A stretch of DNA of 63,661 nucleotides, filler included, from Chiloscyllium plagiosum (lineage: Eukaryota): NCBI RefSeq assembly GCF_004010195.1. It is 3 parts of one record of this genome, joined end to end, with 100 filler letters (N's around TTAATTAATTAA, not from the genome) between each part and the next. Parts side by side here need not be neighbours in the genome. Positions count along the whole stretch, not along the records: positions 1 to 29,310 come from NC_057714.1; 2 more parts are not named here. One strand, given 5' to 3'. The notes beneath the pieces are model-generated. The model was not told the origin of the DNA. It ran no database searches and saw only the letters and a list, made by a program, of their open reading frames with translations. How positions within the stretch are numbered: position 1 is the stretch's first letter; each line of letters begins with the position of its first letter. This document shows positions 1-10,084 of this stretch, piece by piece. The position numbers and the translations under genes are program-made.

Positions 1-57
1 GTGCCTGTGTGTATGTATATGGGTGTGTGTGTGTAGGAGCGTCTGTGTGTGTGTGTA
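1..57. repeat. GT-rich imperfect microsatellite (3' region of adjacent PLE)
   Basis: gtgtgt tracts directly downstream (minus-strand sense) of the PLE endonuclease stop codon; a similar tract occurs in the PLE relic at ~7780-7910. Confidence 0.7.
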
Positions 58-69
58 GCACAATGGTGG

Positions 70-347
70 TCACCTGTAGTGTGACATGAACCCAAGGTTC
101 CAGTTGAGGCCCTCCCTATGGGTATGGAACTTAGCTATCAGCCTCTGCTCGGCCACGTTTCACTGCTGCTTGTCCCGAAGTCTGCCATCGAGGATAGTCA
201 CACAAAAGTCTGAGATCGAATGTCCTGGACCACTGAAGAGTTCTCCAACTAGGAGGGAACACTCTTGTCTGTTTATTTTTGTGCGATGCCCATTCATCCG
301 TTGTCGTCGCCTCTGCTCAGTTTCACCAATGTACCATGCCTCAGGGT
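70..347 (-). pseudogene. Penelope-like element GIY-YIG endonuclease C-terminus (5'-truncated, one internal stop)
   Basis: Manual minus-strand translation PEAWYIGETEQRRRQRMNGHR...VGELFSGPGHS...AEQRLIAKFHTHREGLNWNLGFMSHYR*, containing the YIGET, R..H and E..LI....G.N motifs of PLE GIY-YIG domains. Confidence 0.85.
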
Positions 348-557
348 GTGCATTCGGTTAACATCTCCAAACTCATTTGCATCCTTTCTCCATGACCTCA
401 GATGAAGTTCAAAATGACATTGATAGGTTGAGGAAGGTTTAGTGCACTGTTTCTTTAAAGCTATGCAATAGGCCATTAGGGACCATTGCGCACGCATGGC
501 AGAGTACAAAGAATTAAAGGACCCCGTACTTAAATAGTTAGGCCATAGGAGACAGAA
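348..557. repeat. Direct repeat copy 1 (partner at 1309-1534), unclassified
   Basis: Long near-identical blocks shared with 1309-1534, e.g. aaactcatttgcatcctttctcc and tgacctcagatgaagttcaaaatgacattgataggttgaggaaggtttagtgcact. Confidence 0.9.
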
Positions 558-649
558 CAAATGTTTTGGTGTTTTGGATATAAACATTGTCACAAATACA
601 ATTCAGTTCTGTACAGTAGCATATCAAGTAAACAAACAAATATCTGAAT

Positions 650-785
650 AAAAACTGAAAGAACTGCAGATGCTGTAAATCAGAAACACACACAGAAATT
701 TCTGGAAAAGCTCAGCAGGTCTAGCAGCACCTATGAAAAGAAATCAGAGTTAATGTTTCGGGTCAAGTGACCCTTCTTCAGAGCT
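650..785 (-). mobile_element. PLE-derived terminal fragment (family C) with hammerhead motif
   Basis: Reverse complement matches 27491-27638 and 14210-14320; contains the hammerhead core at 749-784. Confidence 0.75.
749..784 (-). ncRNA. Minimal type I hammerhead ribozyme motif (family C, slightly degenerate)
   Basis: Minus strand reads gct-CTGAAGA-a-GGGTC-actt-GACCC-GAAAC-ATT-aac. Confidence 0.6.
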
Positions 786-879
786 CTTGAGTTTTACTCT
801 AACCCAACAAACCAAAGGCATCTCTTCCACATACAAGACTATATTTAAATGCATTGAGGCACCAGGAGGGTAAGCACTT

Positions 880-1105
880 TTGAAGACGGTGAAGTGCAGC
901 CACTTTTGCAAGGTAGGAAATGTGGCAGCCAATTTGTGCACAGCAAGATCCCACAAAATTCACTGGAATAACAATCAGATAATCAGTTTTAATGATACTG
1001 GCTATTGGATATCTTGTCAGGACACTAAATGAGGAAACTTCTCTTACCATGGGATCTTTAGTAACTGCAAGGAGAGATGGGGGGGTTCAGTTTATGCTCA
1101 TCATA
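880..1105 (-). mobile_element. Deu-domain SINE relic (SacSINE1/AmnSINE1-like)
   Basis: gtaggaaatgtggcagccaatttgtgcacagcaagatcccacaaa...cagataatcagtttt...ccatgggatcttt resembles the reverse complement of the Deu core as I recall it; related copy at 40138-40251. Confidence 0.65.
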
Positions 1106-1308
1106 AATGCATTCAATTCAGAGGTGACATTCAGCTGCCACCTGAATCAAGGCTAAGTATTATTTTCCTTCTCAATCAATCCAAAATAAAAAATATCAAC
1201 ATTAACTGTTTCTCACTTTGGTTTAATCAGTTTGCTTTCTGCTGTTGCTTACCTCATTCTTCCAACACCCATCCCCCAATAATACCAGCTCTAGCTCCGA
1301 GAGAAATC

Positions 1309-1534
1309 GTGCGTTCGGTCAACATCCCTAAACTCATTTGCATCCTTTCTCCGTGACCTCAGATGAAGTTCAAAATGACATTGATAGGTTGAGGAAGGTT
1401 TAGTGCACTATTTCTTTTAAGCTATGCAATAGGCCATTAGGGACAATAGACAAGTCATCACTTTGCGCATGCATAATAGAGTATAAAGAATTAAAGGACC
1501 CCATACTTAAATACATAGGCCACAGGAAACAGAA
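1309..1534. repeat. Direct repeat copy 2 (partner at 348-557), unclassified
   Basis: Aligns to 348-557 with scattered substitutions and ~16 extra bases (aatagacaagtcatca). Confidence 0.9.
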
Positions 1535-2776
1535 GAACTGAAGAAGATGTTGGCATCAAGCTGATTAATAAGAATGACTCTGTTCCTAAGGCAATACGTT
1601 CTGAGGGCCCCGTTTACATCACAGAGAAGCTCAAAGGATTATCATGATTCAACCCTTTGAAGCATTGTGTGGAATGCAATAAAGTGGATGGATGTGAATT
1701 ACTTACTTCAGAAGTAGAGAAGATATGTATTAGATGAACAAACTTCTTAAAGTTCAGTATATGTTGCCCGGGAGTAGTGGTAAGGTTTAGGGACTGTCAG
1801 TTAATACACTGTTAAGCACAGTATTCTCTTCATTAACTGAAAGAGTATTCACATTGCTGCTCCACTGTGGAAGCGTTCTTCTGTGCAAGAATTTTCTCAT
1901 CTCATTTTCCTTTAACTAGTTTAATCCTGTACATATCTGCTCAAATTCAATGATTGTTCTCCAGATGAAGCAATTCCTTTTAAATCCATGTTATCCATAC
2001 CTCACAGGACTAACAAAAATCTGGATCAGGTCTTTTCTTGGCCTTTTCCTCTCGAATAACAGCAGGGCTGAATTGTTCTCCATTATGTGGCATCCCTTGG
2101 ACTTCTAAACTCAAGGAAATGCAACCTTCCTTCCTGTAGTCAGTATACTCTGTCTTTAGGTGTTACATGAAGTCAGTATTTTACTGTCAGATGCTCAATG
2201 TTTAAGGTATACCTGGCTGACATTGCAAATGCTGCAAATTAAAACAGAAAATTCTGGTAATATTCAGCAGATCCGAGAAGAGGGAAACAGATAATGAAAA
2301 ACTGAAATGGTTTTCAAATAATCGCCTGTTTCCAAAGCTAAAAATTTGGAATGATGCTTTCAAGTTGGTGGCTGGGGAAGAGTGAGTAGAATATTTATGA
2401 AGTTATATATAGCAAAGGAAGCAGCACTGTGTTGAAATAATTCAGATATATTATTAATTTCTTCATGCATATGTCTCACACATAAAAACACTTATTGGTT
2501 CAGAGCCTGGCTTGGCCTAGTTTAGTAAATATTCATTCCACTTTTAAAGATATAAGATGTAATACATTGCCTGTATGCAGAGAAAGGGCTCTCTGTTACA
2601 ATCTGTGGGTCTCAGTAAGACTTACTTGAATACTGAACATGCAGGGACATGCTGTGAATCATGGAAAATGCAAGTACTGCTAACAGGAGTACATAATGGC
2701 TTTAATGAAGAAAATGTCTTGACAAAAAATATACAAAAAAATAAAGATTGACATTTGGCATGCTACAGGAGCATGT

Positions 2777-2960
2777 GGGGTTCAGTTAGCTCAGTTGGCT
2801 GGTTGGTTTCTGATGCAAAATAATGTCAACAACATGGGTTCAATTCCTGCACAGGCTGAGATTATCACAAAGCGCTCTCCTACTCCCCTCACCTGAGGCA
2901 TGGTAGCCCTCAGATTAAACCACCACCAGGTATCTTTCTCAAAGAGCAAGACTGCAGTGA
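2777..2960 (+). mobile_element. tRNA-derived SINE
   Basis: A-box-like tagctcagttgg and B-box-like ggttcaattcc; inverted related copy at 34075-34240. Confidence 0.7.
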
Positions 2961-2967
2961 CTTTATG

Positions 2968-3786
2968 ATTTGTACACCTTATGTCTTTCACTGTGTCTCA
3001 CACCCACACACACGCAACATGGGTGCTGGGGGAAAAAAATTAAACAGGAGTGTCAGAGGTTCTGTTCTCTCTCAGAGCTGGCTCTGAAAAAAAAAGAAAA
3101 AGAAAAAATAAAGAGGGGAGTATGGTTTGCTGGGTTGCCAGGGGTATCTATGATATATGCACTGTTTTATTGTTTGGTTTATTGGACTGGCTGCATGTGA
3201 TTGCATTTACTGTTTCTTTCTTGATTGATATAAGGTGGGATTCAAGGTTTGTCCTCATTTCCCTGTGAACTGGTTGTACAGTGGGGTTTGGGGTCTGGCT
3301 TTGCTACCCCGATTTCCCCTGTAAATTGCTGTTTCTTGTATACAGCTGTTAATGTTATTTGTTTGTAATTTGTACTGGTTAATAAAATATTAAAAGATAT
3401 ATAAAGAGGGGATGAGGTGGGAGGGGTGGGCCATTAGCTGGTTTACAGGGGTGTCTGTGTAATATGCACTGTTTTGTTGTTCAGACTGTTTAGTATGTGT
3501 TTTGTATCTACTGTTTCCTCTTTGACAAGTTACGATGAGGTTTGGGGTTGGCCTTGCCACGGCTTTCACCTCTATATCGTTGTTCATTGTAAACTGCTGT
3601 TTATTGGTCATTGTTGACTATTTTTATTTTGTACAGTTTGATAAAATTAAAATATATATATATAAACAGGGGATTTAGAACCTCCTCATTTCAGGGGACT
3701 GACTCCGAGCTGGCTGGCTACAGCCAGTGTACTGGGCACATTTAAATAAATGGTGACAGAATACCAGCCTCTGTGCAGTTATTTCA
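2968..3786 (+). mobile_element. Composite: LTR 3' portions interleaved with three 5'-truncated A-tailed non-LTR-type inserts
   Basis: Order: insert 2968-3040; taaacaggagtgtc+LTR piece 3041-3086; ataaagagggga 3108-3119; insert 3120-3400; ataaagagggga 3401-3412; related insert 3413-3661; ataaacagggga 3662-3673; LTR-like 3' part with aataaa ending ...gttatttCA at 3786. Confidence 0.65.
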
Positions 3787-5139
3787 AAGAGGTTGGGGAG
3801 GTCCCAGCGTATCCAGGAGGCAGCTAAGACTAGTTTTCTTTGAAAATAGTGGAGGCAGTATTTAAGCAACCAAGAAGGAAAAAGGAGAAGAGATGAAATT
3901 TTTTTTTAGGTTAAGACTTCTTAAGACTCTGGATAGCACTTTGTGTCTGACCACCAGCTCAAAAGGAGGACAACAATTAATCCCTGTGTCTGAATAAGGT
4001 ACAGCTGATGTTGGCTCTTAGACCTCATTTACATGACATGGATGACCAATGAACACATTTTGGGCATTCACAAGCATTTCTCTGGCAAAGTAATATGCAA
4101 TGTTGAGTTACTAGGTCAACAGTAGCAGCCTATAGATAACTCTTTAAAAGTGACAAGGGATGAAGTTTATTGTGAGAGCAGCAGAGTCTTGGAATTTAAG
4201 AGTGGTAGGATGGGGAAGCAGCAAGACAAGGAAATTAATTATGCTTTTGGATGGTGAACTTAGATGCAGACAAATTTCCAAGCATGAGTTATGTCTAGGT
4301 ACGAAGACTGAAGATAGAATCAGGCCAGGAACTGCTTAAGTTGATTTTACCATATCAATCAAAGTGAATAAGCTGCTTCAATTTCTTAACTGAGCCAATG
4401 GAAGAAGGAATGAGATACAAGCGGAACTTAATAACTGATGTTACATTGCCAAATTCTTAGCACATTCCAGATTCACTTATTGACTTTAAATGATCCCTGC
4501 ATTCCACACACCATGCAACTGTTTGGAAACGCCAAAAATGTTGCACATTATTTTCACATCAGATGATTTATATGCTGTGGCATCCTGAAGCAAAACAAGC
4601 GAACATTGGACCTTATGGAGTTGGCCAGCATTACTCATCTCTGTATTATTAAGAGACCAAACCGAAGACATTGGCCACAAACCAAATCTTGGTTCTGGGT
4701 TTTTCTGCCATGTTTGGGCAGATGTTATGATTTCAGCCTCTGTCCACAATTCCAGTGCCAATGTATTAGAAAGAAAAATTAGTTGCGTCCAAGGGATGTG
4801 TGTGTGTGTAATGGAGGGGGTGCTTTCAGATGTTGGAGATTTTAAGAGCTGTGTGGGAAGGTGGAATGGGGCATTTGTTGGATAATCAAATAAATACTGA
4901 GGTCATAATTGATCTTGGCATTCTTGAACTGGCTATGGAATGCCCATTAATAGAAACAGTGAACTGGGTTGAAGAAAAAAGGCAGAAAATTAGCAAAAGT
5001 TAAAATACTCAGAGTCATGAAACCTTGTGGCCTTCTTCAACAGTGTAACAGTCCAGTGATTCTGATTCAATATTCAGTTCCTTTAGTATGAAGGAAAATT
5101 TCTGTACAATCATGTTTTCATCCTTGTCGTTAGAGATGC

Positions 5140-5452
5140 TTAGAATCATTGAATCCCTACAATGTAGAAGCTGGTCATTTGGCCCATCGAGTCCACACTG
5201 ACTCTCCAAAGAGCACCCCATCCCCACCCGCCCACCGGTGTATCCCTGTAACCCTGCATTTCCCATGGTTAATCCACCTAGCCTGCATATCCCTGGTCAC
5301 AATGGGCAATTTAACATGGCCAATAAACTTCATCCACACATCTTTCTACTGTGGGAGGAAACCAGAGCACCCAAAGGAAACCTATGCAGACACAGGCAGA
5401 ACATGCAAACTCTGGAATTGAACCTGGGCCCCTGGTGTTGTGAGGCAACTAA
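5140..5452 (-). mobile_element. HE1-type V-SINE (diverged)
   Basis: ctgtgggaggaaaccagagcacccaaaggaaacc (V-domain, reverse); homologous to 52868-53180. Confidence 0.85.
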
Positions 5453-5527
5453 CTTTGAAGCACAGTTCTGCCACAAAGCTTAGGAGATCGCAACTCCTGA
5501 TGACGCAATTAGCTATCTTCTTACAAG

Positions 5528-5760
5528 TAAAAGCAAGCTACTGTGGATGCTGGCAATATGAAGGAAAACAAGCAGAAAGTACTTAAAAAATTAAAGAGCC
5601 TGGCATCATCGGTGAAGAGAGACATAGAGTTAATGTTTCAAATCCAACATTCTTCTACAGGGTTCTGAAGATGAGTCATACAGGACTTGAAACGTGACCT
5701 CTGTTTTTCTCTCCACAGCCAAACCTGCTGAGTTTCTCCAGGACTTTTGTCCTTGTTTCC
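5528..5760. mobile_element. Old fold-back PLE-derived insert (family C) with degenerate hammerhead
   Basis: Left arm ...gagagacatagagttaatgtttca is inverted relative to right arm gttctgaagatgagtcatacaggacttgaaacgtgacctctgtttttctctccacag. Confidence 0.6.
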
Positions 5761-6538
5761 ATGCCTTATCCTGAAATATTCTTTTGAGAAGAAAATCACA
5801 TTTCAGAGCAGCAGCACCTATCCTACTCCTCAACAAATGCAAGTCCATTGTCAGCTCTGAAAATATTTGTCCACAAGTGCAGCCTAAGTAAAAATAGCTG
5901 ACACAGCAAGCAGAAGATGATACAGGGGCTCACAGAAAAGAATTAAAATGTCTTAAACTAGTCTTCTGCACTGAACATTTAGGTAGTTTATATCAATGGT
6001 TTATGGTGTCCCTGGTGATGGGAGGCAGATCCTAAAATGTTTCCGGTCTGCTTCAACTGAGGTTGCTCCAGTGCTTTAAATGTTGTATATAGTGCCATGA
6101 CAAATCCCATGCTGTGAAATAAAACCTGCAATAACTGCCACCCCACCTCCAATTAGTCATATGAATGTGTGATGCAAACCATTACCAGCATGTGGCTCAG
6201 TAGATTGTTGCCACTAACCTCATTTTCTGACTTCTGCTGTACCACTTATTGGTCTAAAGTGGTAAAGCAAAACGATTATCTTGTCAAATGAGAAGACTCA
6301 TTTGTCTTAAGGTAGAATTTATTGCTTGACAACAATCAGGTACAAGTTAGTAGAATTGACATTATTACCAAGACTATTGGAAGCCCTAAGGTAACAAATC
6401 AGTCCTCTTTGAAGTCCTGCCTTTTCCCAAACAAATCCTTGTGATATCCATGATTTGGAGATGCCGATGTTCGACTGGGGTGTACAAAGTTAAAAATCAC
6501 ACAACGCCAGGTTATAGTCCGACAGGTTTATTTGGAAG

Positions 6539-6573
6539 CACTAGCTTTCGGAGTGCTGCTCCTTCATCAGGTG
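6539..6573 (-). ncRNA. Minimal type I hammerhead ribozyme (family A), intact core
   Basis: Minus strand reads cac-CTGATGA-a-GGAG-cagca-CTCC-GAAA-GCTA-gtg: stem I cac/gtg, stem II GGAG/CTCC, palindromic AGCT stem III. Confidence 0.75.
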
Positions 6574-6807
6574 GTTGTGGAGAATAAGATTGTAAGACAC
6601 AGAATTTATAGCAAAAGTTTACAGTGTGATATAACTGAAATTATATATTGAAAAAGACCTGGATTGTTTGTTAAGTCTCTCATCTTTTGGAATGGCCATG
6701 TTGATTTCAGTTCTTTCATACATAAATCGCAAAACCTTTTAAAAAAGTTACATTCTCAAGTGAACTTTAACAATTAGTGTCATGTCAGCCCAGATAATGT
6801 ATTATAC

Positions 6808-7624
6808 AGTGATAGAGTCATAGAGATGTACAGCATGGAAACAGACCCTTCGGTCCAACCTGTCCATGCCGACCAGATATCCCAACCCAATCTAGTCCCA
6901 CCTGCCAGCACCCAGCCCATATCCCTCCAAACCCTTCCTATTCATATACCCTGTGTGAAAAAGTTGCCCCTTAAGTCTCTTTTATCTCTTTCCCCTCTCA
7001 CCCTAAACCTATGCCCTGGAGTTCTGGACTCCCCCACCCCAGGGAAAAGCCTTTGTTTACTTATCCTATACATGCCCCTCATAATTTTGTAAACCTCTAT
7101 AAGGTCACCCCTCAGCCTCCGACGCTCCAGGGAAAACAGCCCCAGCCTGTTCAGCCTCTCCCTATAGCTCAAGTCCTCAAATCCTGGCAACATTCTTGTA
7201 AATCTTTACTGAACCGTTTCAAGTTTTGCAACATCTTTCCGATAGGAAGGAGACCAGAATTGCACGCAATCTTCCAACAGTGGTCAACTAATGACCTCCC
7301 AGCTCCTCTACTCAATAATCTGACCAATAAAGGAAAGCATACCAAACGCCTTCTTCATTATCCTCCACTTTCTTGGAGCTATGGACCTGCACTCCAAGGT
7401 CTCTTTGTTCAGCAACACTCCCTAGGAACTTACCATTAAGTGTATAAGTCCTGCTAAGATTTGCTTTCCCAAAATGCAACACTTCGCATTTATCTGGATT
7501 AAACTCCATCTGCCACTTCTCTGCTCATTGCCCCATCTGATCAAGATCCTGTTGTAATCTGAGGTAACCTTCTTCCCTGTCCACTATACCTCCAATTTTG
7601 GTGTCATCTGCAAACTTACTAACT
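6808..7624 (-). mobile_element. CR1 LINE 3' fragment with internal deletions
   Basis: ORFs MLPGFEDLSYRERLNRLGLFSLERRRLRGDLIEVYKIM and MEFNPDKCEVLHFG; (ctatgact)-type tail. Confidence 0.92.
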
Positions 7625-8669
7625 TGAAGGTGTTAGTTTCACTGTGTGAGGCTGTCTGTGCCACAATGGTCAGACTGATTCTAATCTAAAAACAGATTTA
7701 CAGAATCTTCCATGGATGCATGCAGTTTTTGAGAAAAGTACAAATTCACCCCACAAACTTATAACAGACTTATATATGTGTGTGTTTGGGGGTGGGGGGG
7801 GGGGGGTTATGAGTGTCTGTGAGAAAGTGTGTGTCGATGTGTGAGTGTGAGTGTGAGTGTAAAGGGGTATAAATCTGTGAGAGGGTGTGTGTGGGAGTGT
7901 GTGTGTGTTATCATCAGATTGGGTGGAGCTTAATAAACCTTCAGCATTAAACCTTTCATTTCTTACACACACAACATATTGACTGACATAATAATGTTAT
8001 TACTCACTTCGTACAGTAAATATTGAGACAAGTTGTCAGAATGTCCCTCTTCAATGTGTGTCAAAATAGTTTATCTTAAAACTATTTGGTAATAACAGTT
8101 TTGTGACAAATGCACTGTGAGATTCCATTTGAGAACTGCAGAATAACATTAAATAGTCTCTTTCAAAATGTATATATTGTAAATAAATTAATGACCACTC
8201 ATTTTTAAGACTATTAGCAGATAGGCAATTCATGGGCTGCCCAAAGACAAAGTTCGACCTGGAAAGGTTCATGAGAATATTGTCATTATAAAGGAAGTCA
8301 CATTACAGAGACATAATAAGAAATGGCACCCTTTCAGAGTTTTTGAACAAAGAAATCGAAGCAGGTTAAATTTGAAATTACGTTCTGCAAAATCCTTCAT
8401 CTGACATTCATTTCTCCACCATGCAACCCATTTAAAATGATGTGATTAATTCTTTCCCCCTCCTAATTGAAAGAGGGGGAAATTTCAGATGAATACATTT
8501 GCACTTATGGACTAATAAATGTGACATTTGTTATTATTTTTACCATTGTTACTTCATTACTTATATAAGTGAATCATCATCACTATGTTCTTTGAGATAA
8601 CACAAACCTAACCACAGCCATGTTCTCAGGAAATGGAGTAAGGAGGTTGCAAAAATGAGGCATACCTGG

Positions 8670-8800
8670 GGTGCAACCACATTTTTGCTTGTTTGTTTTA
8701 ATTGACCTGTTTGAATATTCTATGATGTATCTCAATACATGGGATTGAACTTGGGGCGCCTGGTCAAGAGGTAGGGTCACTACCATTGTACTAGATGTCC
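8670..8800 (-). mobile_element. tRNA-derived SINE head (degenerate)
   Basis: Minus strand gggacatctagtacaatggtagtgacc...caagttcaatccc shows A/B-box-like spacing. Confidence 0.45.
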
Positions 8801-9567
8801 CTTGAATTAAGAAGGTGTGACAAGAAGAAAAAGAACATTCTTTTTAATTATGGTGTACATAAGCTGCCCATTGTCTTCCTTGTTTGAACTTCAGTCCATG
8901 GTTCATTCAAACAAGTCACATCATCTTACACACACCCTGTGGCTGTCACTAAAACAGAATTGTTCGGAGCATCATAAATCTTCCACCTCTTGTCCCACCC
9001 TCATTTAGTTTGCACAAGACTAATTCCATTAATTAGACTAGATGGGTGAGGCTTAATGACACAATGACATTCTTGAATCTGACAGGAATACACAACAGAC
9101 TGTCAATGTTTCTTTGGTTTGCACTGCTGTTTCTGACCAACTGCTTGTCCGTGCATTTGTTTCAAGTCATTTGCAACTTTCAACTCAGCTTTTACCTGTC
9201 AGCAAAAAAGGATTGCAGCTCAACTGAATCTTCTTTGGTTGTGAAATAAATGAAATAAAAATTCCTTTCCTTTCATGACTTGTGATAGAACTTTTTAATG
9301 GAGAGTTTAACGACCTGGCATATAATGACCCAGCAAATGGCCACCGCTTGTGTTGCATTATTCAGTAATTCTACTGCTTATTAGTAATAGTTTGCATTGG
9401 CTTTACTTAACTTTGCACATAAATTAACCAACTGGAAAACATGGGTGATTTTCTGGTGGTGTTTAATAGCTGAGAAAAGGTTTCACGATTTGTGGAGAGG
9501 AAAGTTTTGCTGATTACTATTTACTACAGTTATCTGACAGACTTAGACAATTCAATAACTTTCCAAC

Positions 9568-10084
9568 CGTTCTGGTCACCTCATTATAGGAAGCATGTGG
9601 AAGTCTTAGAGAGGGTGCAGAGAAGGTTTACCAGGATGTTGCCTTGACTGTAGTGCATGTTTTATTAAGAAAGGTTGAGGAACCTAGAGCTTTTCTCACT
9701 GGAGCGAAGAAAGATGAGAGGTGACTTGATAGAGGTGTACAAGATGATACGAGGCATAGATAGAGTGGTTAGCCAGAGACTTTTTTCCCAGGGCAGAAAT
9801 GGCTACCATGAGGGGGCATAATTTTAAGGTGATTGAAGGAAGGTTTAGGAGAGATGTCAGAGGTAAGTTCTTTACACAGAAATGGTGGGTGCATGGAATA
9901 CACTGCCAGCAATATAGTTGAGTCAGATATATTAGGCACATTTAAGTAACTCTTGGATAGACGTATGAATGATAGTAAAATGTAAGGTATGTCAGTTAGT
10001 TTGATCTTAGAACAGGATAAAAAGTTGGCACGACATCGAGGGCTGAAGGGTGTGTACTGTGCTGTACTGTTCTATGTTCTATGT
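9568..10084 (+). mobile_element. CR1 LINE 3' fragment
   Basis: LERVQRRFTRMLP...RGDLIEVYKM-type sequence; tgttctatgttctatg tail. Confidence 0.9.

Larger units (their letters stand above)
6448..7915 (-). mobile_element. PLE 3' region/pLTR (family A), split by a CR1 insertion
   Basis: Starts ccatgatttggagatgcc...aaagttaaaaatcacacaac, as at 24028, 43485 and 63354; non-CR1 sequence resumes at 7625 and ends in a GT tract like that at 1-57. Confidence 0.75.

Noticed and set aside
3108..3673. CRISPR-like repeat-spacer array
   Set aside because: Eukaryotic context, 12-bp repeats and 250-280 bp mutually related spacers with A-rich tails; better explained as TSDs of stacked retro-insertions
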